Shown here piece after piece: positions 10,061 through 18,954 of a stretch of 64,000 nucleotides of DNA. Positions within the stretch are counted from its first letter, which is position 1; the number at the start of each line of letters is the position of its first letter. Source of the stretch: a virus (lineage: Duplodnaviria; Caudoviricetes); IMG/VR virus record IMGVR_UViG_3300006133_000004, positions 1-64,000 of that record; one strand, given 5' to 3'. Both the position numbers and the translations under genes were made by a program. Under the pieces are notes generated by a model, which saw nothing but the letters and a program-made list of their open reading frames with translations, was not told where the DNA came from and did not search any database.

Positions 10061-12364
10061 ATGTATTCGATTTACGCAGACGGCGTTTGCATCTACAGCG
10101 ATGTGTTTGCGCTCGAAAGCATGAAGGTTCTGAGTCCAAAACTGGTATTGGAAGACAACGGCGCTGGTTCGTTATCCATGAAACTACCCCCGATGAATGT
10201 TGGCTATGAATCCATCATCCGCATGATTACGGATATTTCTGTCCAAAAGGATGGAGAAGAGATTTGGGCCGGACGAGTCCTATCGGAAAGTAAGGATTTC
10301 TGGAATAATCGGGATCTTTACTGCGAGGGGGAAATGGCATTCTTTAATGATAGCTCTCAGCCCCCGGCAGAGTATCGCGGCCTCTCTGTTCGTGCATATT
10401 TGGAACGTCTGATTGCTGTCCACAACTCCAAGGTAGCTGCAAACCGGCAGTTCTCCCTTGGGGCTGTGACAGTAGTCGACAAGAACTTTCCAATCTATTA
10501 CACGAACTATGAGAAGACCATGGAAATTCTCAACACCTTGGTCGAGCAGTATGGCGGCCATCTCAGAGTGAGAAAGGTAAATGGTGTCCGATATTTGGAC
10601 TACTTGGCAGAATACCCCGATACATGCAGCCAAGTGATTCAGTTTGGGTCAAACCTTATTGATTTCACTCGAAAGTGGGACTCGACTGAGTTTGCAACTG
10701 TCATTGTTCCTCTTGGTAACCGGCTTGAGGACAGCCCCATTGAAGCTTTGGACGCTTATCTGACTGTGGAAAGTGTAAACCGGGGCAGTATGTACGTCCA
10801 GTCCAATGAAGCTGTGGCTGCATATGGCTGGATTGAGAAGACTGTCACATGGGACGATGTCAGTGATCCGGCAGTTCTGCTGGAGAAGGCGAAGACCTAT
10901 TTAACTGACATTCAGTTCGATAACTTGGAACTGGAGCTAAGCGCACTGGATCTGCATTATCTGGATGTCAAAACCGAAGCGGTAAAACTCTTGGACGAGA
11001 TTCGGGTCATATCCCGCCCTCATGGATTGGATCGGATGTTCCCGGTTAAGAAACTGGACATTCCGTTGGACAATCCAGAGCAGACACAATTCACCCTCGG
11101 TGACGCAGTGAAAACGAGTCTGACCAGCGTGAATAATCAGACCAGCGCCGCCATTCTGCAAAAGATTGAGGCCCTGCCCAAAGCCCACTCCATTCTCAAA
11201 GAGGCGAAGGAGAATGCCACTCAGATCATGAATATGGCCACCACTGGCTATATCACTATCACCAAGGACCAGTACGGCTCGGAAACTCTTTATATTTCCA
11301 ATGTCCGTGACTATACAAAGGCCGATAAGTTGTGGAAATGGAATATGAATGGTCTCGGCTACTCCAACGATGGCGGGAAGACTTTCGGTTTGGCTATTAC
11401 GATGGACGGTTCTATTGTGGCTGACTACATTACCACCGGCGTACTTAATGCAGATGTTATCCGGGCTGGAGTTCTCAAAGACTACGGTGGAAACTTTAGT
11501 CTTGATTTCGAGACCGGAAAACTGACCATGAAAAAGGGCTCTATCAATATCGGAAACGGTAATTTTACCGTTGATGAGGACGGAAACCTTTTTGCACGTC
11601 GAGGAACCTTCGCGGGAACATTATCCGGCGCTAAGGGAACATTCGGCGGCCAGCTTGTCGCAGCAAGCGGCGACTTCAAAGGTGTTGTACAAGCATCCGA
11701 CTTCCTTGACCGTTATGGTCGGAGCATGATGAGTGGGGATAAGTTTGCCTCCGATTATCTGGACCTGTATGGACTGACCATCCGGAATAAGAACACTGGA
11801 GCCATTACATTCGCGGTAAGCTCCACCGGCGTCATCACCATCAACGGCAACGTCACTATGGGCGCCGGAAGTTCCATCAACTGGGCGCAGGTGACCAATC
11901 AAAATCTGGCCTACAACCCCGCATACTCGCTGGCCGATAGCGCCAGGACAACCGCGAATCAGGCGTACTCACTCGCTGACGATGCCTACTACGAGGCTCA
12001 GGCCGCCTATAACCGAGCGAACCAGGCTTATAAAATGGCTAACTCCATTGAAATGCCTTGGTATATTAAATCCACTTACATTGATGCTACCACCATCAAA
12101 TCCCCAGTTATCGAAGGTGGGGAATTCTACGGAGGCGAGTTTAACGTCATCGCTGGGAGCAGCTATGGAAGTTTCAACCTGTATGGTCCTTATGGCAACA
12201 GCCGGTATCATATGCTCACCATCAGCTACTACGAGGGCGATGCTCCCTACATCGACATTTACAGTCCTTGTGGCGGCTACATCACCATCGGTAGACGTAG
12301 CGGTGTTGTTTATTTTTCGGGACATGTAGACTTCAGTGGAGCTACCGTTACAGGTTTGGATTAA
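10061..12364 (+). CDS. Tail endopeptidase / Tal-like baseplate hub protein
   Basis: 767 aa; Prophage_tail-like N-terminus; WKWNMNGLGYSNDGG...AITMDGSIVADYITTG segment typical of these proteins; synteny. Confidence 0.8.
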   Translation: MYSIYADGVCIYSDVFALESMKVLSPKLVLEDNGAGSLSMKLPPMNVGYESIIRMITDISVQKDGEEIWAGRVLSESKDFWNNRDLYCEGEMAFFNDSSQPPAEYRGLSVRAYLERLIAVHNSKVAANRQFSLGAVTVVDKNFPIYYTNYEKTMEILNTLVEQYGGHLRVRKVNGVRYLDYLAEYPDTCSQVIQFGSNLIDFTRKWDSTEFATVIVPLGNRLEDSPIEALDAYLTVESVNRGSMYVQSNEAVAAYGWIEKTVTWDDVSDPAVLLEKAKTYLTDIQFDNLELELSALDLHYLDVKTEAVKLLDEIRVISRPHGLDRMFPVKKLDIPLDNPEQTQFTLGDAVKTSLTSVNNQTSAAILQKIEALPKAHSILKEAKENATQIMNMATTGYITITKDQYGSETLYISNVRDYTKADKLWKWNMNGLGYSNDGGKTFGLAITMDGSIVADYITTGVLNADVIRAGVLKDYGGNFSLDFETGKLTMKKGSINIGNGNFTVDEDGNLFARRGTFAGTLSGAKGTFGGQLVAASGDFKGVVQASDFLDRYGRSMMSGDKFASDYLDLYGLTIRNKNTGAITFAVSSTGVITINGNVTMGAGSSINWAQVTNQNLAYNPAYSLADSARTTANQAYSLADDAYYEAQAAYNRANQAYKMANSIEMPWYIKSTYIDATTIKSPVIEGGEFYGGEFNVIAGSSYGSFNLYGPYGNSRYHMLTISYYEGDAPYIDIYSPCGGYITIGRRSGVVYFSGHVDFSGATVTGLD

Positions 12365-12378
12365 AAAGGAGAATCATC

Positions 12379-12750
12379 ATGAAAAAGCGATTGAAAAACT
12401 CCCGGATGGCAGAGATGATGGTTAATCTACGGCCACTTCTGTCTCATCGGGATAAAATCGGGTATATCGCCGCCCGAAACTACCGTGTATTAGGCGAGGC
12501 CCTTACTGAATATGAGACGTTCCGCAACAGCCTTATTGAGAAATACGGTGAAGAGATCACCGACGGGCATGGACAGACCACCATTGGCGTAAAGATCGAC
12601 TCCCCGAAGTTCAAGGACTTTTGCGACGAGCTGGCCCCGTTCAACGAGATGGAACACGAGGTCGAACTCATGATCGCCAAGTATGAGGATGCTATCGGCT
12701 GTCTCACCGGCGAGGAGATTCTGGCTGTCGATTGGATGTTTGAGGATTAG
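12379..12750 (+). CDS. Hypothetical tail-module protein
   Basis: AAGGAG RBS, 123-aa ORF, tight packing. Confidence 0.7.
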   Translation: MKKRLKNSRMAEMMVNLRPLLSHRDKIGYIAARNYRVLGEALTEYETFRNSLIEKYGEEITDGHGQTTIGVKIDSPKFKDFCDELAPFNEMEHEVELMIAKYEDAIGCLTGEEILAVDWMFED

Positions 12751-12765
12751 GAAGGGGTGAGCTAA

Positions 12766-14049
12766 TTGGCAAACATCAGCACCTATCTGCAAAAAATCTT
12801 ATCCGCTATCTATGGCGAAGAGGTGCGTGGTTCTATTCATGACGCTCTCTCCGCTATGAACGTGGAGTCATCCAGCGCCATGGAGTATGCCAAAACGGCT
12901 AAGGATTCAGCGGCCGCATCAGCGTCTACTGCATCAATCAAAGCCACAGCAGCCTCCGCCTCAGCTCAAGCTGCGAAGACTTCCGAAAACAACGCTAAAA
13001 TTTCCGAGACCAACACGAAGACTTCAGAGATCGCCGCCACGAACAAGGCCAATGAGGCCACTACGGCGGCTGCGGAAGCGAAAACCTCTGAAACGGCTGC
13101 CGCCAACTCAGAGTCTGTCGCCACCCAGAAGGCTCAAGAAGCCGCTGATTCTCAGAATGCTGCTGCATTAAGCGAAGCTGAGGCAAAGGCTGCCGAAGAA
13201 AGGGCTAAAACGGTAAGGTCTGAGGTGGAAACCCTTGGCGCTCAAGCTACAGCAGACAAAACGGCCGCAGAAGCGGCTAAAGTTGCTGCCGAGCTTGCCC
13301 GAGACGATGCTCTCGCAAGTCAAAATGCGGCAAAAAGTTCTGAAAATGCTGCTTTGGTGTCCAAGACGGCTGCCGAGCTTGCTGAGGGCGATGCTGAGGC
13401 CGCAAAGACTGCTGCTTTGGCCGCCAAGGTCGCCGCCGAAGCCGCTCGGGATGCCGCTGACGAAGATGCGGACGCCGCCGCACAAGCGGCCGCTGACGCT
13501 GCTGCCAGTGCTCTTTCCGCTCAGCAATATAGCGGTAAGCCGCCTAAGCCGCAGGATGGAACCTGGTGGATCTGGGACGCTGCTCAGCAGAAGTATATCG
13601 ACAGCGGTATTGGTTGTGATTTGGTTGGCCCCACCGGCAACGGCATTGAAAACATCCAACTCACTAAAGGTGACCATACTCCTGGCACTGCGGATATTTA
13701 CACAGTGACTATGACGGATGGAACAACCTATAACATTTCCGTTTATAACGGACGGAACGGTACAGGTACCGGCGATGTACTCGGAATCTGGTTCGATCTG
13801 GTGATCCCAGCATCCGGATGGGCCAATGGCGAAATTACTATTGCCGATAGCCGTTTGATAGCCCTGTCCACCCACAAGTATTTTGTCAGTGCGGACGAGG
13901 CCAGCCGTGAGGAATATCTGGAATGCAACGTGCAGCCCAGAGACATCACCACGACTGGTTTTATCACGTTCAAGAACGATACCGACCCGTCGGAGGATAT
14001 CACAGTGAATGTGATTCGCTTTGAGCTGTCTGCCAATGGAACAACATGA
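12766..14049 (+). CDS. Tail fibre-like protein with Ala-rich coiled-coil stalk
   Basis: TTG start; long A/K/E/S-rich repeats resembling side-tail-fibre stalks; WWIWD..G and collagen-like GPTG/GRNG segments. Confidence 0.7.
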   Translation: MANISTYLQKILSAIYGEEVRGSIHDALSAMNVESSSAMEYAKTAKDSAAASASTASIKATAASASAQAAKTSENNAKISETNTKTSEIAATNKANEATTAAAEAKTSETAAANSESVATQKAQEAADSQNAAALSEAEAKAAEERAKTVRSEVETLGAQATADKTAAEAAKVAAELARDDALASQNAAKSSENAALVSKTAAELAEGDAEAAKTAALAAKVAAEAARDAADEDADAAAQAAADAAASALSAQQYSGKPPKPQDGTWWIWDAAQQKYIDSGIGCDLVGPTGNGIENIQLTKGDHTPGTADIYTVTMTDGTTYNISVYNGRNGTGTGDVLGIWFDLVIPASGWANGEITIADSRLIALSTHKYFVSADEASREEYLECNVQPRDITTTGFITFKNDTDPSEDITVNVIRFELSANGTT

Positions 14050-14065
14050 TAAGGAGGTGTGATGC

Positions 14066-14665
14066 TTGAAGATTGATATTTTGGACACATGGGCCGTCAT
14101 TGTCGAGGACGATACCCTTCGGCAAAACTCGACTAAAACCTATGAGGTGGAGTTTAACTTCGCTGAGAGCTGGGACGGATACTCCAAGACGGCCATCTTT
14201 GAAGCAGGCCCCGCCAGCGTCATCGTTGCCCTGACGGAAGACCGGTGCACTATTCCGGCCGAATGCCTGAAGCATGGAAGTGTCAAGCTTAAAGTCGGTG
14301 TGTATGGCGTAAAAGGTGAAGAGCGTAAGGGGACCGTCTGGTGCGTCGGCAGCATGATTATCCCGGATGCTACCATGAACATGGGCAGCTCTTCGGGGAA
14401 CCCTTCTCCGGATGACGTGTATTCCGAAATTATGGCCGCTATCGGCGATCTCTCTGCCGCCGGCTTCGAGGGTAAGACTTTGGCTGAGGTCTTCAAGGAG
14501 ATCAAGAACAGCGTCTGCGAGACAGCAACCGACGAGGAAGTCAAGGATGCTTTGAACACCGCATTCGGCGCAAAAACCGATCCCTCTGAGCATCCTGAGG
14601 AACTTCCCAGTAATACGGCCACTGATAAAGAAGTCAGTGATCTTCTCGACGATGTTTTCGGCTGA
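14066..14665 (+). CDS. BppU-like baseplate upper protein N-terminal domain
   Basis: EVEFNFAESWDGYSKTAIF...IPAECL...VGVYG pattern; AGGAGG RBS. Confidence 0.6.
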   Translation: MKIDILDTWAVIVEDDTLRQNSTKTYEVEFNFAESWDGYSKTAIFEAGPASVIVALTEDRCTIPAECLKHGSVKLKVGVYGVKGEERKGTVWCVGSMIIPDATMNMGSSSGNPSPDDVYSEIMAAIGDLSAAGFEGKTLAEVFKEIKNSVCETATDEEVKDALNTAFGAKTDPSEHPEELPSNTATDKEVSDLLDDVFG

Positions 14666-14701
14666 CAACCGCAAACAAATATTTTTAAGGAGGACATAAA
14701 T

Positions 14702-15280
14702 ATGTCTAAGCACACTACTCTCGACCAGCTGAAGATGCTGGCTCAGCGTACCAAGACCGAGATCGACAAGGTCGATACCAAAGTGGACAAGCTGTCTGAG
14801 CGGGTGGATGATATTGCCACCGTTGGCGGCGAGCCCAATGTCATCACCGAGATCAAGAACAACGGCACTGCCCTGGCTGTTGCCAATAAGGGCGTCGACA
14901 TCGGCCCTTCCATCGCCGAAGCCGTGGCCGCCGCTGACCACCTGACCAAGAAGAAGGTAACCTCCGTAGCCGACATCGACCCTGCCGCCGACGGTGCCGA
15001 CAAGTTCATCTACCTGGTGCCCAAGACCGACTCTGACGAGGACGACGTGTACGACGAGTACATGATTCTGGACGGCAAGGTGGAGCATGTGGGTAACACC
15101 AAGGTGGACCTGAGCGGCTACGTCCAGAAGGAGGATGGCGCTGGCCTCTACCCCGATGCCGACAAGGAGAAGCTGGCTGGCATCGTGATGGCCGAGGACG
15201 CTGAGATCACCGCCATGCTGGACGAGGTCTTCGGGGCGGCTCAGACTGAACCGACGCCTCCTGAGACCACCGAGCCCTGA
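14702..15280 (+). CDS. Tail/fibre-associated hypothetical protein
   Basis: AAGGAGG RBS; IYLVP...YDEY...E.VG.TKVDLSGY motif common in tail-fibre modules. Confidence 0.65.
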   Translation: MSKHTTLDQLKMLAQRTKTEIDKVDTKVDKLSERVDDIATVGGEPNVITEIKNNGTALAVANKGVDIGPSIAEAVAAADHLTKKKVTSVADIDPAADGADKFIYLVPKTDSDEDDVYDEYMILDGKVEHVGNTKVDLSGYVQKEDGAGLYPDADKEKLAGIVMAEDAEITAMLDEVFGAAQTEPTPPETTEP

Positions 15281-15344
15281 ACAATCTGAGAGGGGATGGA
15301 GAAATATCTCCGTCCCTTTTCGCATTTGAAAGGAAGATAAACGT

Positions 15345-15716
15345 ATGGCAGAGAAGAAACTCAGCACTGTTGAGCAGCTCAAGATGCTTGCCCTCAGAGC
15401 AAAGGCTGATTCTGCCGCCCGTATCGCCGCCCTGGCGGCATTGGTTGCCGATGGTTATGGGCATCTCATCACGGTCACTTTGCCGGCTGGCAAATGGAGC
15501 GGCAGAGCACAGAAAATCGAACATCAGGCCCTTTTGGCGAACAGCGGCTACTGTTACTTTGTCTGCGGCGACGCCGACTGCTACATGGATTGCAGTGACA
15601 CCGGCATCAAAGCGGACAATGTTGTAAAGGACGGTGAGGTTATGTTCCGATGTGAAGTCACACCCGACATAGACCTGACCGTAAATATTCTTCGACTGGA
15701 GGTCGAGACAGAATGA
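15345..15716 (+). CDS. Hypothetical protein paralogous to the C-terminal domain of 12766-14049
   Basis: Shared pattern (V/L)xxPAxxW...YFV..D...P..D(I/L)TVN(V/I)(I/L)R(F/L)E. Confidence 0.65.
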   Translation: MAEKKLSTVEQLKMLALRAKADSAARIAALAALVADGYGHLITVTLPAGKWSGRAQKIEHQALLANSGYCYFVCGDADCYMDCSDTGIKADNVVKDGEVMFRCEVTPDIDLTVNILRLEVETE

Positions 15717-18460
15717 GTGAAAACCCCAATGTCGGCAAGGTATTCAATCTGACCGGCGGTGGCAGTAACGGCTCTCTCAAACTGGAGAGTTTGGATGTCA
15801 CCAAGCCCCCTATCAAGACAACTTATAAGTCCGGGGAGAGCTTTGACCCCACTGGTATGGTGGTAACTGCCAGCTATGGCTATGGCATCACCTCGGACGT
15901 GACCGGATACACCGTGACCCCCTCCGTCCTGACCGACGGTACTACCGAGGTCACTATCACCTACACTGAGGGCCGAACCACTAAGACGGCGAGTACGCCT
16001 GTGACTGTGGAGAAAGTCCTGGTATCCATTGAGGTCGCTACCAACCCGACCAAGATGACCTATAACTACCTGGAGAAGTTCGAGCCTCATGGAATGGCTG
16101 TGACCGCCACATTTTCGGACGGTTCCAAGTCTGCCGCCACAGGGTATAGTTATCCCACCACGGAGTTCTCCACGCTGGGGCAGCAGGCTGTGAATCTGGA
16201 TTACACCTTTGAGGGGGTTACCAAATCCACCAGTCTGACAGTGACGGTCGATCCCATTGAGGTGCCCGTTCCCACCCAGAAAGACGCCCCCAGCTATGAC
16301 GGCAGCACTAAGCAGCCCATCTGGAACGGGTATGATTCCGTCAAAATGGCATTGGGCGGAACGACTGATGGAGTCAACGCCGGCAACTATACCGCTAAGT
16401 TCACTCTGGTCTACGGCTATGTATTCCCTGATGGGAGTAATGAGGCCGAGGCGGAATGGACAATTAGCAGAGCGGTTATTCCGGCACTGCCCACACAGAA
16501 CAACGCTCTGGCCGCCGACGGCACGCCCAAGTCTCCTACTTGGGATGGTTACGTCGTAGGTCAGCTCACTATCAGTGGTGACCGATTCGGAACCGAGGCC
16601 GGCGACTACACTGCCGAGTTTACCCCGACCGACAACTATCAGTGGTGGGACGGCACTACTGATATGAAGACCGCTACCTGGACTATCTCCAGCGTCATCG
16701 TCCCTATCCCGACGCAAAAGGGCTCCCTCACCTATACCGGGGCGGCCCAGACGCCTCAGTGGGATAACTTCGATACGGAGAACTCTACCGTACAGGTCAC
16801 GCCTGCTACGGATGCCGGCGAGCATACGGCTACGTTCTCTTTGCTGGCAGGTATGTGGTCGGATGGCACCACAGCCAACAAGACCATCAAGTGGGTCATT
16901 GGTCGGGCCACCATCGCCAAGATTCCGGCTCAGAGCGGTATGCCGAAGTACGACGGCAACCCCAAGACTCCGACCTGGGACACCAACTATGACGCCACCA
17001 AGATGACGTTGAGTGTGGAGGCCAAGGTCAATGCCGGGACGGCCTATACGGCTTCGTTCACTCCGACCCCCAACTATCAGTGGCCGGATGGTACGATTGA
17101 AGCCAAGGTGGTTACCTGGGCCATTGGGAAGGGCAATAACGCCATTACGGTGAGCCCCACTTCGATTACGCTGAACACTGCTAACAAGAGCGGAAAGTTT
17201 ACTGTCAGCCGGAAGGGCGACGGTACTATCACCGCCACCTCCAGCGACACCAAGATCGCTACCATCGGCGCCATCAACCAGACCACCGGTGAGGTAACTG
17301 TCAACAGCGTTGGCGATACTACCGGCACTGCGACCATCAAAGTCAAAGTTGCCGAGAGCGCCAACTACCTTGCCCCGGCGGATAAGGATGTTCCGGTCAA
17401 GGCACAATTCGTCACCATCTACGGCGTGGAATGGGATTGGACCAGTAGCGGCCCCACCAAGGGCACCCGCACCGACGCAGCGGCCGGGTTCAGCGATCCC
17501 AATCCTGCTGTGAACAACGGCACCGGTTCCTCTCCCTTCGACAGCCTGATGCCCTGGGCCGGCATGGTCAAAGAGACCCGAACTGGCGGTGTGATGGTGA
17601 AGGAGCCCAAGTATTGGTTTAAGTGGACCAAGACGGGGAAGAAGCTGAAACTGCAAATTGCGGACGGCCCCGTGGATGGGTTCCATGTGGACCCTGTGAA
17701 CATGGATAAGGGCGACGGCCTGGGCGAGCTGGACTTCTCCTACATCGGGCGGTATCACTGCGCCTCCGGCACCTACAAGTCGGAGACTAACAAGGCGCAG
17801 CAGGTCAGTATCACCAGGAGTGCGGCTCGTACCAGTATCCACAATTTGGGGGCCAACATTTGGCAGATGGACTTCGCCCAGATGTGGTATGTGGGTATGC
17901 TGTATCTGGTGGAGTTTGCTGATTGGAATGGTCAGAAGACGATCGGTCGGGGCTGTTCCGCCGCCGGCTCCAAGGAGAACAACGGCAAGACGGACGCCAT
18001 GCAGTACCACACCGGCACTACGGCGGCCAATCGGACTACCTACGGGTACACCCAGTACCGCAACATTGAGGGCTGGTGGGACAACGTCTATGACTGGATG
18101 GACGGCTGTTATTACAACAGTAACGGCCTGAATGTTATCTTGAACCCCAGCAAGTTCAGTGATAACGCAAATGGTACACTGATTGGTTCCATGCCTTCGA
18201 GCGGTTATCCGAACGATATGGCAGTTCCGACACAAAGTGGATTCGAGTGGGCGCTTCGTCCGGCCACAACCGGCGGCAGTGACAGCACTTATGTCCCGGA
18301 TTACTGGGATTTCAACGGTAGTAACCCGTGCCTGTTCCGCGGCGGTAACTATAACCAGAGCCAGTATCGCGGGCCGTTCTGCGTCGGCTACAGCAGTACG
18401 TCGAACGCGGTCACCATCATCGGCTGTCGCCTCCAGGAACGCCCGCCGAAGGCGGCGTGA
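15713..18460 (+). CDS. DGR target protein: Ig-like repeat tail fibre / receptor-binding protein with C-terminal variable (C-type lectin-like) domain
   Basis: Two Big_3-like repeats (KTTYKSGESFDPTGMVVTA), about four Y(D/T)G..K.P.W repeats, then a C-terminal domain carrying the VR. Confidence 0.88.
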   Translation: MSENPNVGKVFNLTGGGSNGSLKLESLDVTKPPIKTTYKSGESFDPTGMVVTASYGYGITSDVTGYTVTPSVLTDGTTEVTITYTEGRTTKTASTPVTVEKVLVSIEVATNPTKMTYNYLEKFEPHGMAVTATFSDGSKSAATGYSYPTTEFSTLGQQAVNLDYTFEGVTKSTSLTVTVDPIEVPVPTQKDAPSYDGSTKQPIWNGYDSVKMALGGTTDGVNAGNYTAKFTLVYGYVFPDGSNEAEAEWTISRAVIPALPTQNNALAADGTPKSPTWDGYVVGQLTISGDRFGTEAGDYTAEFTPTDNYQWWDGTTDMKTATWTISSVIVPIPTQKGSLTYTGAAQTPQWDNFDTENSTVQVTPATDAGEHTATFSLLAGMWSDGTTANKTIKWVIGRATIAKIPAQSGMPKYDGNPKTPTWDTNYDATKMTLSVEAKVNAGTAYTASFTPTPNYQWPDGTIEAKVVTWAIGKGNNAITVSPTSITLNTANKSGKFTVSRKGDGTITATSSDTKIATIGAINQTTGEVTVNSVGDTTGTATIKVKVAESANYLAPADKDVPVKAQFVTIYGVEWDWTSSGPTKGTRTDAAAGFSDPNPAVNNGTGSSPFDSLMPWAGMVKETRTGGVMVKEPKYWFKWTKTGKKLKLQIADGPVDGFHVDPVNMDKGDGLGELDFSYIGRYHCASGTYKSETNKAQQVSITRSAARTSIHNLGANIWQMDFAQMWYVGMLYLVEFADWNGQKTIGRGCSAAGSKENNGKTDAMQYHTGTTAANRTTYGYTQYRNIEGWWDNVYDWMDGCYYNSNGLNVILNPSKFSDNANGTLIGSMPSSGYPNDMAVPTQSGFEWALRPATTGGSDSTYVPDYWDFNGSNPCLFRGGNYNQSQYRGPFCVGYSSTSNAVTIIGCRLQERPPKAA
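18291..18434 (+). repeat. DGR variable repeat (VR)
   Basis: 144-bp ungapped match to 18614-18757 with 17 mismatches, 16 opposite TR adenines; lies at the 3' end of the target CDS. Confidence 0.96.
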
Positions 18461-18515
18461 TTCCCCTGATAGAGGAAGGGGTTTGGGGTGAGGGGACCGC
18501 AGTCCCTTCCCCCAA
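18443..18515 (+). promoter_or_regulatory. GC-rich hairpins after VR (candidate DGR homing/IMH-associated structures)
   Basis: CCGCC-GAA-GGCGG at 18443-18455; a roughly 14-bp imperfect stem with CGCA loop at 18483-18515. Hairpins downstream of IMH are established for the BPP-1 DGR. Confidence 0.65.
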
Positions 18516-18613
18516 CTCTACGCCTTTGAACAATTCAAAATGGAGCTGAAACGCTCTTAAAAATCGCTTTTCTTTTGATAAAGGGAAGCGCGGGGTCAAC
18601 TTTGCAGCAGACG

Positions 18614-18757
18614 ATGTCCCGGATAACTGGAATTTCAACGGTAGTAACCCGTGCCTGCACCACGGCGGTAACTATAACCAGAACCAGAATCACGGGCCGT
18701 TCTACGTCAACTACAACAGTACGTCGAACACGAACACCAACATCGGCTGTCGCATCC
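18614..18757 (+). ncRNA. DGR template repeat (TR)
   Basis: AAC/AAT-rich invariant copy of VR, located between target gene and RT. Confidence 0.95.
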
Positions 18758-18954
18758 TTGATAAGCCACGGGCTAAACCTCCTATAGGTAGTCAGGGTTC
18801 CTCACCCTTTCTATTACGCATCGTTGACCGCGCAGCACTGGCTGAAGATGAGCCGACAGGACACAGCTTAGTACACTTCGGGCCGGGTCTCGCCTCGGAA
18901 CACCCCGCGGCGATGGAACAGTTGTGAGGCTACAAGGAGGAAAACATATCCCTG

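Noticed and set aside
15581-18235. 884-aa minus-strand ORF opposite the DGR target
   Set aside because: Shadow frame caused by C-ending codon bias; the same applies to 14000-15382, 38500-39654 and 54555-56720.
18575-18787. 70-aa ORF covering TR as a possible avd or second target
   Set aside because: It is only an out-of-frame translation across TR; no RBS and no helical Avd character.
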